This document shows positions 1 to 10,000 of a DNA stretch of 64,000 bases, one piece after another. The position numbers and the translations under genes are program-made. Source of the stretch: an uncultured Chloroflexia bacterium (GTDB taxonomy: Bacteria; Chloroflexota; Chloroflexia; Thermomicrobiales; UBA6265); contig CAVRUC010000011.1 of NCBI GenBank assembly GCA_963724295.1, forward strand, positions 91,980-155,979, given 5' to 3'. Every line of letters starts with the position of its first letter. Within the stretch, counting starts at the first letter, position 1. The notes below the pieces were generated by a model that was given only the letters and a program-made list of their open reading frames with translations, was not told the DNA's origin and made no database searches.

Positions 1-529
1 GCGGACCGATCTGCCATGGCTGACGGCGGCGCTGCTGGCAGACATTGGCCGTTGGGGAGACGGGTGGCGAGCAGCGGTGGGCCTTCCCGGCCAAGCGGCT
101 GGTTCGGGACATCGAGACGACCACCTCGCAGGCTGATTGGGTGAGCAACAGAGGCCGCGTGTGGGAGCATTGGGTGTCGGAATGGCCCGCAAGTCTGTGG
201 CGCCACCCTGACCTCCCGAGCTTATGGATCGGCCAGGCGGTCTCCTCTATCGGCTCAGAGGTTTCCTAGCTTGCCATCCCGCTCACAGCGGTGTCCTGAT
301 TCGTTTGGCGTTGCCAGGGTGTACACTGCGCCAAAGCGCAAGTCATTACAGCGAGCAGATGCAGGTCGCGCTTTCGGGCCGCGTACCTCGTCGTCAGTGC
401 AGCGGACGCCTGGCTCCGATCGGTTCCGTGGCGCCCGGATTCTCGTGGCGACGCCCGTGGACACCTGCGAGCACCTGACTCGCCGGGGACGGTGCGCCAC
501 CGTCATTCGGGAAGCGAGAAAGTTGTCCG

Positions 530-1084
530 ATGGCCCTGACCGCCCCGATCGATATTCAGACCCCTCCGCTGATCACCGAGGACATCGATGACTCCGAGAT
601 CGTCGTCCATGGCGACGACCTCAAAGGGGTGCGGCTGTACTGTCGACTGGCCGCCGCGATTCCAGCGCTGGCCCTGGTCCTGCTGGCACTCGTTGCTATC
701 TGGATCTCCACCCAGCGCTTCGATCGGCGCTGGGACTCCGGCCAGACGATCGTTCCGTTGGCAGTGGTCCTGATCGTGGCTGCTCTGTCCTACCTGCGGG
801 CAGAGCTGCGCCTGCGCAGCTACCGTCTCGATCTCACCTCCGACGCCGTCATCTTCGAGTATGGGCGCAAGCGCTCGTACGTTCCCCGCGAGCACGTTCA
901 GCTCTTCGATACCGAAACCTCGATCCTGCTGCGGATCTTCCGCCTCAGACGATGCAATCTGCACACCGGGGGAGGAATGGTCGTCGTTTCGCCAGTGCCA
1001 GCCCGTGTCGCGGCCGCAATCGAGCGATTGATCTACGAGCAGCCCGCGACGATGCGTGCTGAACGACCAGATGCCAACGCGTGA
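530..1084 (+). CDS. bPH_2 (YdbS-like) membrane protein
   Basis: Two TM segments then 'YRLDLTSDAVIFEYG...VPREHVQLFDTETSILLRIFRL..CNLHTGGG'; paired with a YdbT-like gene. Confidence 0.7.
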   Translation: MALTAPIDIQTPPLITEDIDDSEIVVHGDDLKGVRLYCRLAAAIPALALVLLALVAIWISTQRFDRRWDSGQTIVPLAVVLIVAALSYLRAELRLRSYRLDLTSDAVIFEYGRKRSYVPREHVQLFDTETSILLRIFRLRRCNLHTGGGMVVVSPVPARVAAAIERLIYEQPATMRAERPDANA

Positions 1085-2746
1085 CCGATCGGCTGAGCGT
1101 TGCTCGATCGTTGCGCGGAAAGCGCCGGCTGCACCCGCTGGCGATCATCTTCCCGTTCACCAGCTACTCCAGGCCACCGCGTCTTGGCCGAAGCTTGAGG
1201 ATCCCCAGGTGGCTCCTGCTTTCGATCCTCTTCGTCGTGATCCTGATCGTCGACTACTTCTCGGACAGCCTGTCGGTGCGGGACGATGGCGGCATTATTT
1301 TCCAGCGCGACGAATTCACCCGGACAGACCTGTCGATCCTGACGATCGGGATCGGACTCATCGCTATCCCCCTCCTCGTCCACTGGTGGACGTTCCGGTG
1401 GTGGATCGACGACGACGCCATCTGGACCAGCGGCGGGATCTTCGACGTCTGGCGGCGGCGGGTAACGTTCGATCACATTGTGACGATCGACCGCACGTCG
1501 ACGCCGGTGCGGCGTCTCTTCGGTGTCTCCAGGATCGCGATCGAGACGACAGCTGTCGACCAGGCGACGCCAGATGTCCTCTTTGGGTACCTGTCGAAGA
1601 AGAATGCAAACCTCCTCGAGGAGTTGCTGATCACGAAGCTGGTGTTCGATGGCGAGGACAACGAGGTACGACGGTTCGATCCGCTCAGCGTCGATCAGCT
1701 CGGGTGGTGGGATCTGATCCTTGCCGGCGCGACGACACTCCAGATCGGTCGCGCTCTGGTAGTTCTGTACGCCGTAAGCCTATTCTTTCGGAACGAGATC
1801 TTCTCCTCGATCGACATCAGTGGCGAGATCACGACGCTCGAACCCCCTCCGGTTCACCTCGTGATCGTCCCCTTCCTCGGCATCATCGTCATCCTGTGGC
1901 TCGTGTCAACGCTCTATTTTCGTGGTGTCGTTCGCCCGTTTCAGGCTCGGCAAGCATGGGGGCTGGCTGATCCTCGAAACCGGCGTCATTCGCCGCTCGC
2001 GACGGCTGATCAAGGCCGGCGCCATCCAGGGGCTGGAGATCTCCCGGTCGCCACTGCAGCGGTACTTCAGAAGCAAGCGGGCGATGCTGCGGATGCGCCT
2101 GCCGGCGTACGGCTCTCCGCCGATCTACGCCATGGTGCTCCATCCGGCCGTCACCGATGCGACCCTCCCTTCCCTCACGAGTCAGATCGCGGGGATGGAT
2201 CTGGCAACGAGCGAGGCGATGTGTGGGAAAGGGGTTCACCCGTTAGCGGCCAGGTGTCGCAACGCCTATGTCACCTACTGGCCGGTGCGGATCGCCGCGG
2301 TTTGCGGGGTGTTGCTGGCATTGCTGCTGAGCCTTCAGCCGCGGCTGTGGTGGTGGGCGCTCCTCCCCCTGATCCTGGCCGTGCCGTTCGCGATCTCGGG
2401 GTGGCTGGCGTGGAGGAGTGCCGGCTGGTACGCCGGCAACGGCGAATGGCTGCTCGTGCAGCGAGGGGCGTTCACCCTCACCTCGACCGCCGCCAGGATC
2501 GATCAGATCCAGTACGTCCGCTGGTCACAAGGGTTGTTCTCGCGTGCCAACGCGACCTTCTCCCTGGCCATCTCGGTTGCCACGAGCGGAGGGGCGGGTC
2601 TGCTCAGCCGGTTCCTCGCCGTCCTGCGCGGGCCGGTCGACCCCTCGCTGGTTCGCATTCGCGCCGTAGCCGCCACGGACGCCGAGAAGATCGCGATCTC
2701 GAGCGGACTCGAGCGCTCGCTGCCTCCAGGAATGATCCCGGGGTGA
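1081..2746 (+). CDS. bPH_2 (YdbT-like) membrane protein, one frameshift near 1916-1922
   Basis: ORFs 1081..2757 (N-half) and 1922..2746 (C-half) join into one protein with repeated TM + PH units ('GGIFDVWRRRVTFDHIVTIDRTSTPVRRLFGV', 'TGVIRRSRRLIKAGAIQGLEI'). Confidence 0.65.
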
Positions 2747-3060
2747 TCGAACGCTGACCGCCGCGTGCCCGGCCAGGGCGCCGTGCCACGTCCTCCGACG
2801 TTAGCGCAAGCTGTCGGAGGTGGATCGGCGCGTCCTGGAGGATCATCCCCAAAACTGACTTCGATCGAAAAAGACGACGAGCAAGACATTACGGAGACGT
2901 CAGACGAGTCGCTCCTACGAAACACTGTTTGGCATCGCAACAGAGTCGAGCACCGTTTGGCGTTGGGGAAAGGCGCTGGTGTGGTCCGCGCCACGGAGGT
3001 CGACTCCAGGACCCCCGCTTCGGTACGTCGCTAACGGACGGTGTCGGGATGCTGAAAGCT

Positions 3061-3128
3061 CATTCTGTTAATGAAAGATAAAAACATGATTATCAGAATG
3101 TTGACAAGCGCAGCATCATGTGCATGAT
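3061..3128 (+). promoter_or_regulatory. Sigma70-like promoter with an abutting inverted-repeat operator
   Basis: TTGACA at 3101-3106 and CATGAT at 3123-3128; inverted arms CATTCTGTTAAT (3061-3072) / ATTATCAGAATG (3089-3100) match 11 of 12. Confidence 0.55.
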
Positions 3129-3196
3129 ACCGGTACACAGCAATGAGTCCGGGTGAGCCCTGAATCTAACCGCGCCTGTGACGGAAAGGCGTTTCT

Positions 3197-4150
3197 GTGA
3201 TGGCCGAGTTGGACATCCGCTTGTTTGGAAGATTTCGCATCTACGCCCATGATGTCGAGATCACCGGGTTTGAGAGCGCGAAGGCTCAGGAACTCCTCTG
3301 CTACCTGCTCGTCCACTCTGGGCGGCCCCACCCCCGCGAAGCGATGGCTGGTCTCTTTTGGGACGAGCGGCCAACTGAGGTATCCCGCAAGTATCTGCGG
3401 CAGGCGCTTTGGCAACTGCAGACTGCCCTCTGTACAGGGGTTGGCAACGCGCTCGGGGACGTTCTCCATGTCGAAGCCGACTGGATGCAACTCGATTTGA
3501 GCGACATGATCCACGTGGACGTCGTCAAATTGGAGCAGGCCTTTGACCACGCCCATGGCGTCGCTGGGCGGGACCTGGATGATCAAAGCTTCGCGCGTCT
3601 CCGCGCGGCCATTCATCTCTACGACGGTGATTTGCTGGAGGGTTGGTATCAGGACTGGTGTCTAACGGCTCGCGAGCGGCTGCAAGTGAAGTACCTGGCG
3701 ATCCTCGACAAGCTGATGGCCGCCAGCGAGTTCCGCCTCATGTACGAAGCCGGAATCTCGTATGGGACACGCATGTTAGAGGTCGACCGCGCGCGGGAAG
3801 CGACCCATCAGTGCCTGATGCGTTTGCATTACCTTTCCGGTGATCGCACCGGGGCCTTGCGCCAATTCGCGCGCTGCCGCGATGCCCTGCGCGACGATCT
3901 CGCCGTCGATCCGTCGCGGGCGACGATCGCGCTGCATGAGGCGATCCGTCACGATCGCCCCGACAGCCTTCAGGCCGGATTGCCGCACCCGGGCCAGTCA
4001 CGCGAAATCGAGTCGGCCACCCTTGCCGACACCATGGCCCAGCTCCAGCAACTGCGCGAGTTGCTCGAGGGCATCCACCAGCAGGTGCAGCGACAGTATC
4101 AACCCATCAATCTCAGGATCAAGCGACAGCCGCCACGATTGGCGCGATAG
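3197..4150 (+). CDS. SARP/AfsR-family transcriptional regulator (wHTH + BTAD)
   Basis: 'LDIRLFGRF...KAQELLCYLL...PHPREAMAGLFW...LRQALWQL' and BTAD 'YDGDLLEGWYQDW...RERL...REATHQCLMRLHY..GDRTGALRQF..CRDALRDDL'. Confidence 0.9.
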   Translation: MMAELDIRLFGRFRIYAHDVEITGFESAKAQELLCYLLVHSGRPHPREAMAGLFWDERPTEVSRKYLRQALWQLQTALCTGVGNALGDVLHVEADWMQLDLSDMIHVDVVKLEQAFDHAHGVAGRDLDDQSFARLRAAIHLYDGDLLEGWYQDWCLTARERLQVKYLAILDKLMAASEFRLMYEAGISYGTRMLEVDRAREATHQCLMRLHYLSGDRTGALRQFARCRDALRDDLAVDPSRATIALHEAIRHDRPDSLQAGLPHPGQSREIESATLADTMAQLQQLRELLEGIHQQVQRQYQPINLRIKRQPPRLAR

Positions 4151-4333
4151 CGTGTTCCGGCGTCGGGAGAGTGGGACGGGCCACACTCCGCGTCACGTGC
4201 CGCGGTTAGCCTCGAGGCGGCGTGCAGCCGAAAGACAGTGCAGCGGACGATGGCGGAACGGTTGCCAGACTGGCAACTGAGACGATCGACGTCAGGGAGG
4301 ATCATGCGGCTACCGTAATCGAGGGCAAAAACA

Positions 4334-4624
4334 ATGGTTGGGACTGAGAGGTCGCCAGTTGCAGAGCAGGATGACATCGCCGCCGCCGCTCTGCCTCACC
4401 GCACGGACCAACGGCTGATCATCCGCCTCTGGATCGACGAGGTGTCGCAGGGGGGTAGGAATCCGCGCTGGTATGGGCAGGTCGTCAACATCACCGGCGG
4501 AGATCCGCGCTACGTGCGCCGGCTCTCGGAGATTGGCGACGTGGTCGTCGCGGTGCTGGAGGGGATGGGCGTCCGCTTTCGCTGGCGCCGGCTCGCTGCG
4601 CGCCTGTGCCGCTTCTCCCGCTAG
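4334..4624 (+). CDS. Small conserved hypothetical protein
   Basis: RBS-like GAGGG before the ATG; pattern 'IIRLWIDE...WYGQVVNITGGDPRYVRRLSEI' resembles small proteins seen beside BTAD regulators. Confidence 0.55.
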   Translation: MVGTERSPVAEQDDIAAAALPHRTDQRLIIRLWIDEVSQGGRNPRWYGQVVNITGGDPRYVRRLSEIGDVVVAVLEGMGVRFRWRRLAARLCRFSR

Positions 4625-4692
4625 CGCGGCTGCAAACGAGGCGTCATGGCGCCCGCGCTGCTGACACGGGAGTTAGCAAGGCGTACTTCGTC

Positions 4693-6117
4693 TTATTCAG
4701 CGCCCGCGGCGGCCTTGATGCGATCCCAGATCCCAGGGTCCTTTTTCTGCGGGTAGGTGAAGCGGCCAACAGCCCGATCCACCGGGCCGACCTCCGGCGC
4801 TTTGGCGGTGTACTTGACCGTGACGGTGATCGGCCCAGTGTAGCCACCGAGCAACCTGACCAGATTGTCCACCCCGGCGTTGCCAATGTCGATGCAGCCG
4901 GACGAGCCGGGCATGACGCCGCCATGAAGAAAGAAGCCGCTGCGCGTCTGGGTGTTGCCGCAGCCTTTCGGTCCAGGCACGATCGAGACCGGCGCCAGCG
5001 GCACCCGCCCAGCACCCCAATCCCCGCCATGCAACGAGACGCCGAAAGGATCCGTGAAGCTGCCACCGGGGAGCATCTGGAGTCGTTCCGACTGGGTGAA
5101 GGTCGCCATCTGGGTGGCAGTGAAACGGTACGTCCCCTCAGGAATCGGTCCGTTGTCGCTGATACCAACATAACGCGGGTTATTGAGATAACTGTCGTCT
5201 TTGCTACCGCCGCAGGCCGCCGCGTCACCTGGGCGGACGGTGTAGGGGCGGCCTGACTGGGCAGCGATCTGCATGATCTGCTTCCCATCCCCGAGTACGG
5301 TGAACTGCGCGCCGTCAAAGGTGGCGGTGATCTTCTTGTGAGGGGACTTGGCCCCAGCGGGATGTGTGAACTTGGTACCGAGCGTCTTGCGCTGCACACC
5401 ACCCGCCGCGACGGGGCTGCTGAGTGCCATGCCGGGCGCTGTGCCGGCAGCCTGCCCCACGCGCTCGGCTTGCCGCTCCGCTCCTTCCAGTTCCGGCCCG
5501 GCCAGGCGCGCCTCATTCAGGTTGGGAGTCGCTGTTAGTCCACCTTGCTGGAGGACGTGCGTTAGTTCGTGCGCGAGCAAACGCTGCCCCAACGGCGCGT
5601 GCGGCTCAAATGCTCCCCGGCCGAAGACAACGTGGCGGCCGAAGGTGTAGGCACGGGCGCCGATCGCTTCTGCCGATTCCGCCGCGCGCTCCCCGGTGTG
5701 CAGTCGCACCCCATGCAGCGAGTGGCCGAGCTGCATCTCCATTCCCGACTGGGTTGCGGCGTCGAGCGCCTGGCCAGGCGAGCTGAGCTCTGCGCGAACG
5801 ACGGGCGGGACGGCTGCCGGATCGTGGGCGGCCTCATGCGGGGACCGTTGGACTGACTCCCGCCCCATTGCACACGCCGCGCACTCACCCCCTGGTTCCG
5901 CCTCGCCTCCACAGGAGCAGCGCTGCCGTTGGACAGTCGGGGCTGGCGGTCGGTCAATGATTCGCAACAGTGCCTGGTTGCCGTAGGTCGATTGCAGGCG
6001 CGCCACAGAGTTCGACGCCGGGGATTGGGCGCGATGCTGCTCACGCCACATCGGGGAGTGTGTCCCCTTGGCCGGTCTGGCTACTCGCGCTGGTGACACT
6101 GCTCCTTGCACTGCCAT
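4693..6117 (-). CDS. eCIS cargo: DUF4157 (eCIS core) + Tlde1/DUF2778-like L,D-transpeptidase-fold domain
   Basis: DUF4157 'GVRLHTG...ARAYTFGRHVVF...LLAHELTHVLQQ'; C-terminus 'GPIPEGTY...WGAGRVPL...RSGFFLHGG..PGSSGCIDI'. Confidence 0.8.
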   Translation of the reverse strand: MAVQGAVSPARVARPAKGTHSPMWREQHRAQSPASNSVARLQSTYGNQALLRIIDRPPAPTVQRQRCSCGGEAEPGGECAACAMGRESVQRSPHEAAHDPAAVPPVVRAELSSPGQALDAATQSGMEMQLGHSLHGVRLHTGERAAESAEAIGARAYTFGRHVVFGRGAFEPHAPLGQRLLAHELTHVLQQGGLTATPNLNEARLAGPELEGAERQAERVGQAAGTAPGMALSSPVAAGGVQRKTLGTKFTHPAGAKSPHKKITATFDGAQFTVLGDGKQIMQIAAQSGRPYTVRPGDAAACGGSKDDSYLNNPRYVGISDNGPIPEGTYRFTATQMATFTQSERLQMLPGGSFTDPFGVSLHGGDWGAGRVPLAPVSIVPGPKGCGNTQTRSGFFLHGGVMPGSSGCIDIGNAGVDNLVRLLGGYTGPITVTVKYTAKAPEVGPVDRAVGRFTYPQKKDPGIWDRIKAAAGAE

Positions 6118-6129
6118 GGTGGTCCCGTT

Positions 6130-6960
6130 CTACGCTCGCGGATGCGCTGGAATCATAGCAAGCGGCAGGTAGGCGTTATCCTTGGGCAATCGGTCTCGTC
6201 CCAGAAGCCCTGATTCGGTCCCGAGTGAGGCCAACCCGAGGGCAGGTAGACTCATCAAATAGCGCGGCACGGGGGCGCGCTTCGCCTCGCTCGCCGCCGC
6301 GGCGTGTGCCGTGAGCAGCCCGCGCAGTGCATCGACAAACGCCTCAGGGTCCTGCCGGACGAGCGCGATTACCGCAGCCGCTTGCTGATGAATCGACATC
6401 GGCGCGTTGTGAACTCCGGCGGCGTAGAAGACCGCGACAGCATGTTGGCCGAGCAGGTGCGCCTTCAGCGCGTAGGCGAGACTCTGTTCATCGGGTGTGC
6501 AGATCTCAGAGTCCGGACCGATGTAGGCCGCATCCGCCGGGTCCCCAACCATCTCCGCGATCTGCTCGGTCAAGGTCGGGTCGCCGGCGATGAGTGCGAC
6601 CTCCATCGCGAGCAGGCCGAGTCGTGAATTCGTCAAGGCGCCGATCACATGCGGCGGCATCGCGTGGAGGAAGCCGTTCCCGCTCGTGACTTGAGTCCGG
6701 GAAACCGCGACCGTGCCGCGCGACCGAAAAAGTTCGCCAAATGCGAATGCCGCCCGCTTGATCCAAACCCTTGCGTCGTCGGGGTCGGCGCCAAGTGCGA
6801 AGGTAGTCACCGCGCAGGTGAGTGCATAGTCGACGCCAAGTGCGTGGTCCAATGGCCTGCGCGACGCCGGCTCGAGGGCCAAATATTCCGAATACGCCCC
6901 GGCGGAGAATTCGGCGGCGTGCGCACCCCAGACTGGATCAAATGACAGAGTTGTCGTCAT
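6130..6960 (-). CDS. Imm49-like immunity protein
   Basis: All-helical; ends 'FVDALRGLLTAH...MSLPALGLASLG...NAYLPLAMI'; directly downstream of the large DUF4157 toxin. Confidence 0.7.
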   Translation of the reverse strand: MTTTLSFDPVWGAHAAEFSAGAYSEYLALEPASRRPLDHALGVDYALTCAVTTFALGADPDDARVWIKRAAFAFGELFRSRGTVAVSRTQVTSGNGFLHAMPPHVIGALTNSRLGLLAMEVALIAGDPTLTEQIAEMVGDPADAAYIGPDSEICTPDEQSLAYALKAHLLGQHAVAVFYAAGVHNAPMSIHQQAAAVIALVRQDPEAFVDALRGLLTAHAAAASEAKRAPVPRYLMSLPALGLASLGTESGLLGRDRLPKDNAYLPLAMIPAHPRA

Positions 6961-7073
6961 CTGATTCGATCCCTTTTTGATCCCAGGAATTCACCCTGCA
7001 CCTCCAAGTGACAACTGTCCGGACTGATGGCTGTAACGGCAATATATATGCGGCTGTCGCCCCGATCTGGAGA

Positions 7074-10000
7074 CTACTTCGTCAGCGTGAAGCCGCGTCC
7101 CGGTTGGCGCTGGAACCCGAGCGACTCCAGCGCTGTCCGGACGGCGACCGCGTCAGGGTCAGTTCCTTCGGTAATGATTCGGCGTATCTCTTTGTTGATC
7201 CGCGCCTTGAGCTCGGTGGGCCTAAGCGTTTGGGGTTCTCGCACCGATGCCACGGCCCGATCAAAGATTCGAGACAGCTCCTCCACCTCGCTGAAGCGCC
7301 TCGTGAGCAGGGCTTCCGGTTTGTCGACTACTGAGACCGGCGGTAGTTCGCCGCGATTGGACCTCAACTCACGCGGGTCAATTCCGAGCCCCTTTGTTCG
7401 CTGGTTGGTATTCGGGTCCAATAATTGACGGTTGTATGGATCAAGGGCCCGGCCCACCGCACGCTGCGGCTTGATGTCGTCGGCTCCCACTGGAAGAACT
7501 TCATCAATATCGAAAGTCATGGCGCGATCGAGCGCGAAGTCCCTCTCGCCTGATTGGATTTGCGCTGCGCGTTTCTCACCAATGTGCATCGAAAACGTCG
7601 GATCCACGTCTGCCGGAGCCGGATCCGCTTCGCTCACTTCTCTCGGCTGGGGTGCCGACGTGGATGGCTCCTGCACGGGTCGAGGCGGCTCGCTCGCCAC
7701 CGGCTTCGGGGACTCGCCGCCTTCGTTGAACATCTTGAGCCGAGCATCGAGCGCTGCCCCGTTGTTCGCGCCTTCCAACTGTGCAATCGCTTGATTGAGG
7801 TTATCACGCCGCTCGTATAAATATTTCTTCAGCGCCTGCTCGTCGTAGCCACCAGTTTCTTTCACACGACTGAGGAGTTGATCCAAGCGGGCGACTTGCT
7901 GCGGCGTGACATTCGGCGGGTAGCAGGGAGACTTGCACTTCTTGAGGGCAGCCGCCGCGAGCGGTTGATCGACGAGCGCCTTCCGTAGCGGTTCGTTGGC
8001 CCGCAGCTTGGCGTCGGTGTCCGGGTCCACACCGCCAATGCGCTGCATTTCTGTGTCGATGCGGACCTTTTCGGGTATCGCTGCCGGTGATTCCGGGATC
8101 TGCTTGGCACCTGGCGCGTCCGCTGCTGGAACCTTGGCCGGGTCGGGGGTGCCAATCGGCTTTTCATCGATCAGGCCCTTCGGCTTCCCCACCTGCGCTT
8201 CGGCGTTGACGTGGTGCGAGCGCTCGGCAAGTGACCCGCCAACCATCACTCCTGTGGACAGCATCGTCTGGCCGATCAACATCATCAGCGCGGCTGCTCG
8301 TTCGCCGGGATCCTTGATCTTCGCCAGCGCGTCCACTTGCTGCATGAACTGGACACTCATCATGACGCCACCGGCCGCGTCGATGCCGAAGCCGACGATC
8401 AGCATCGCCTTGCCAAGGCGCATCATCCGCAACGAGGTTGCGCCCATGCGGCCAAGACCGATCACGCTGCCTGCAATGTTGACGATCTCCAGAGCGTTTT
8501 CCAAATCGAGCTCGAACGTGCCGGATTCGAGCCGCTGGGAAATTCGGTAAGCGGAAGGGATCGCTCCGGCCAACCCGAGCGGGATGAGGAACATGAGTGA
8601 CGCGCCTCCGGTCAACGGCGCAGCCACGACCGCCGCGATCGACAGCGCGGTGGTGACATTGTCGATAGATTCGGCGAGCAAGCTGCCCTTGCTGGCTCCA
8701 ATGCGGATGGTGCGGATACCGCCAGAGAGCCCGAGCGCGACTCGGCCCCGGCCGTATCCCTCGGTGCTTTCCAGAAGCGTCTTGACGGCGTCGACAATCG
8801 CGTCATCTCGCGATTTACCAGTGCCGGTTTCGTCTCCGCTCTTCGGCGTCGTCACATCAGAGATGTAGACGTGGTAGGTGTCACCTCGCTTCGTGGTTGT
8901 CGTCGGTTTGTCGACCACCTCCAGCGTCAGCGACATCTTCTGGCCGAAGTCGCTGACAAACTGGGCAGTCAGGAGCTCGGCGTCACCGACTTTGCGGTCA
9001 GTTCGCCGCTTGATCAGCTTTTCGATGTGCTCCAGGTCTTTGGTGGCGGCATCGAGATCGCCCTGCTGCGTGCCGGCCTTGATCGCCTCCACGCGCTTGG
9101 CGGCCTCGTCGCGCAGGGTTGTCAATCGCTCGCCGAGCGGCGCCAGCGACTGCCGCAGCGCCGCCAGCTCTTGCTCTGCCTGCTCTTTTTCCTCTTTGCC
9201 GAGATTCCCGTTGGCCAGCGTCGCTTCGAGTTTCTTGATCTGCTCATGCGCTTTCTCGCGCCTGGCGAGGGCCGTTTTGACGCCGCCGGCCGCCATTTCA
9301 TCGGGGTCGCGGGCGAGGACCGGGTAGTAGGCGACACTCGGCGCCCGGACAACTTGCTCCGTGCCCTCTCGAACTTGGGACATCGCCGAGCGGACGAAGT
9401 AGAGGCCCGGGGTGGGGAAGACGATCAGTTTCTGATGGGCCGGCATCGTCAGGATCTCAATCGCCATCTTGATCCCGGTACCGAGATAACGCAGGATGGC
9501 GTTGGCGCCGACGAGGTTCAGCGCGCCAACGCCGGCAGGGCCGATATCCGATTGCATGGAGTCGACCACCCGCTTGATATCCTCCTTTGCGTAGGCGGTC
9601 GTCCGGCTGAACCGGACTGCAGCCACCTCACCGTGGCTGACTTCCTCACCTCGCATCTTGGAGACGTCGATCGGTTCGCCGATCTGCTCATCCGGGATGC
9701 GGACCCGTTCCCAGTTGAAGGCGTAGCGGCCAAGCGCTTCATAGACGGATGGAAACTGCACCTCCATGTTGAATCGGAAGTCAGTGCCGAGCGCGGCCTC
9801 GAAGGGTGGAATCGGTGATGCCGAGACGGGTGAGAGCGTTGAGGGAAACGCGGGGGCATTGGCCGTGCCGGGCCTATCACGAATAACCTCGTCGCCCTCC
9901 TGGAACGTCCCCTCAAAGAGCATCCGCTGCGTGTAGCCGGCGTAGTTCGTCATGAGTTGGACGCGAGCGGCCTCGTCCGTCTCCGCATCCCGCGCGAGGT

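Noticed and set aside
1..500. Short ORFs at the window start
   Set aside because: No recognisable motif or consistent frame. This may be the end of an upstream gene but cannot be called.
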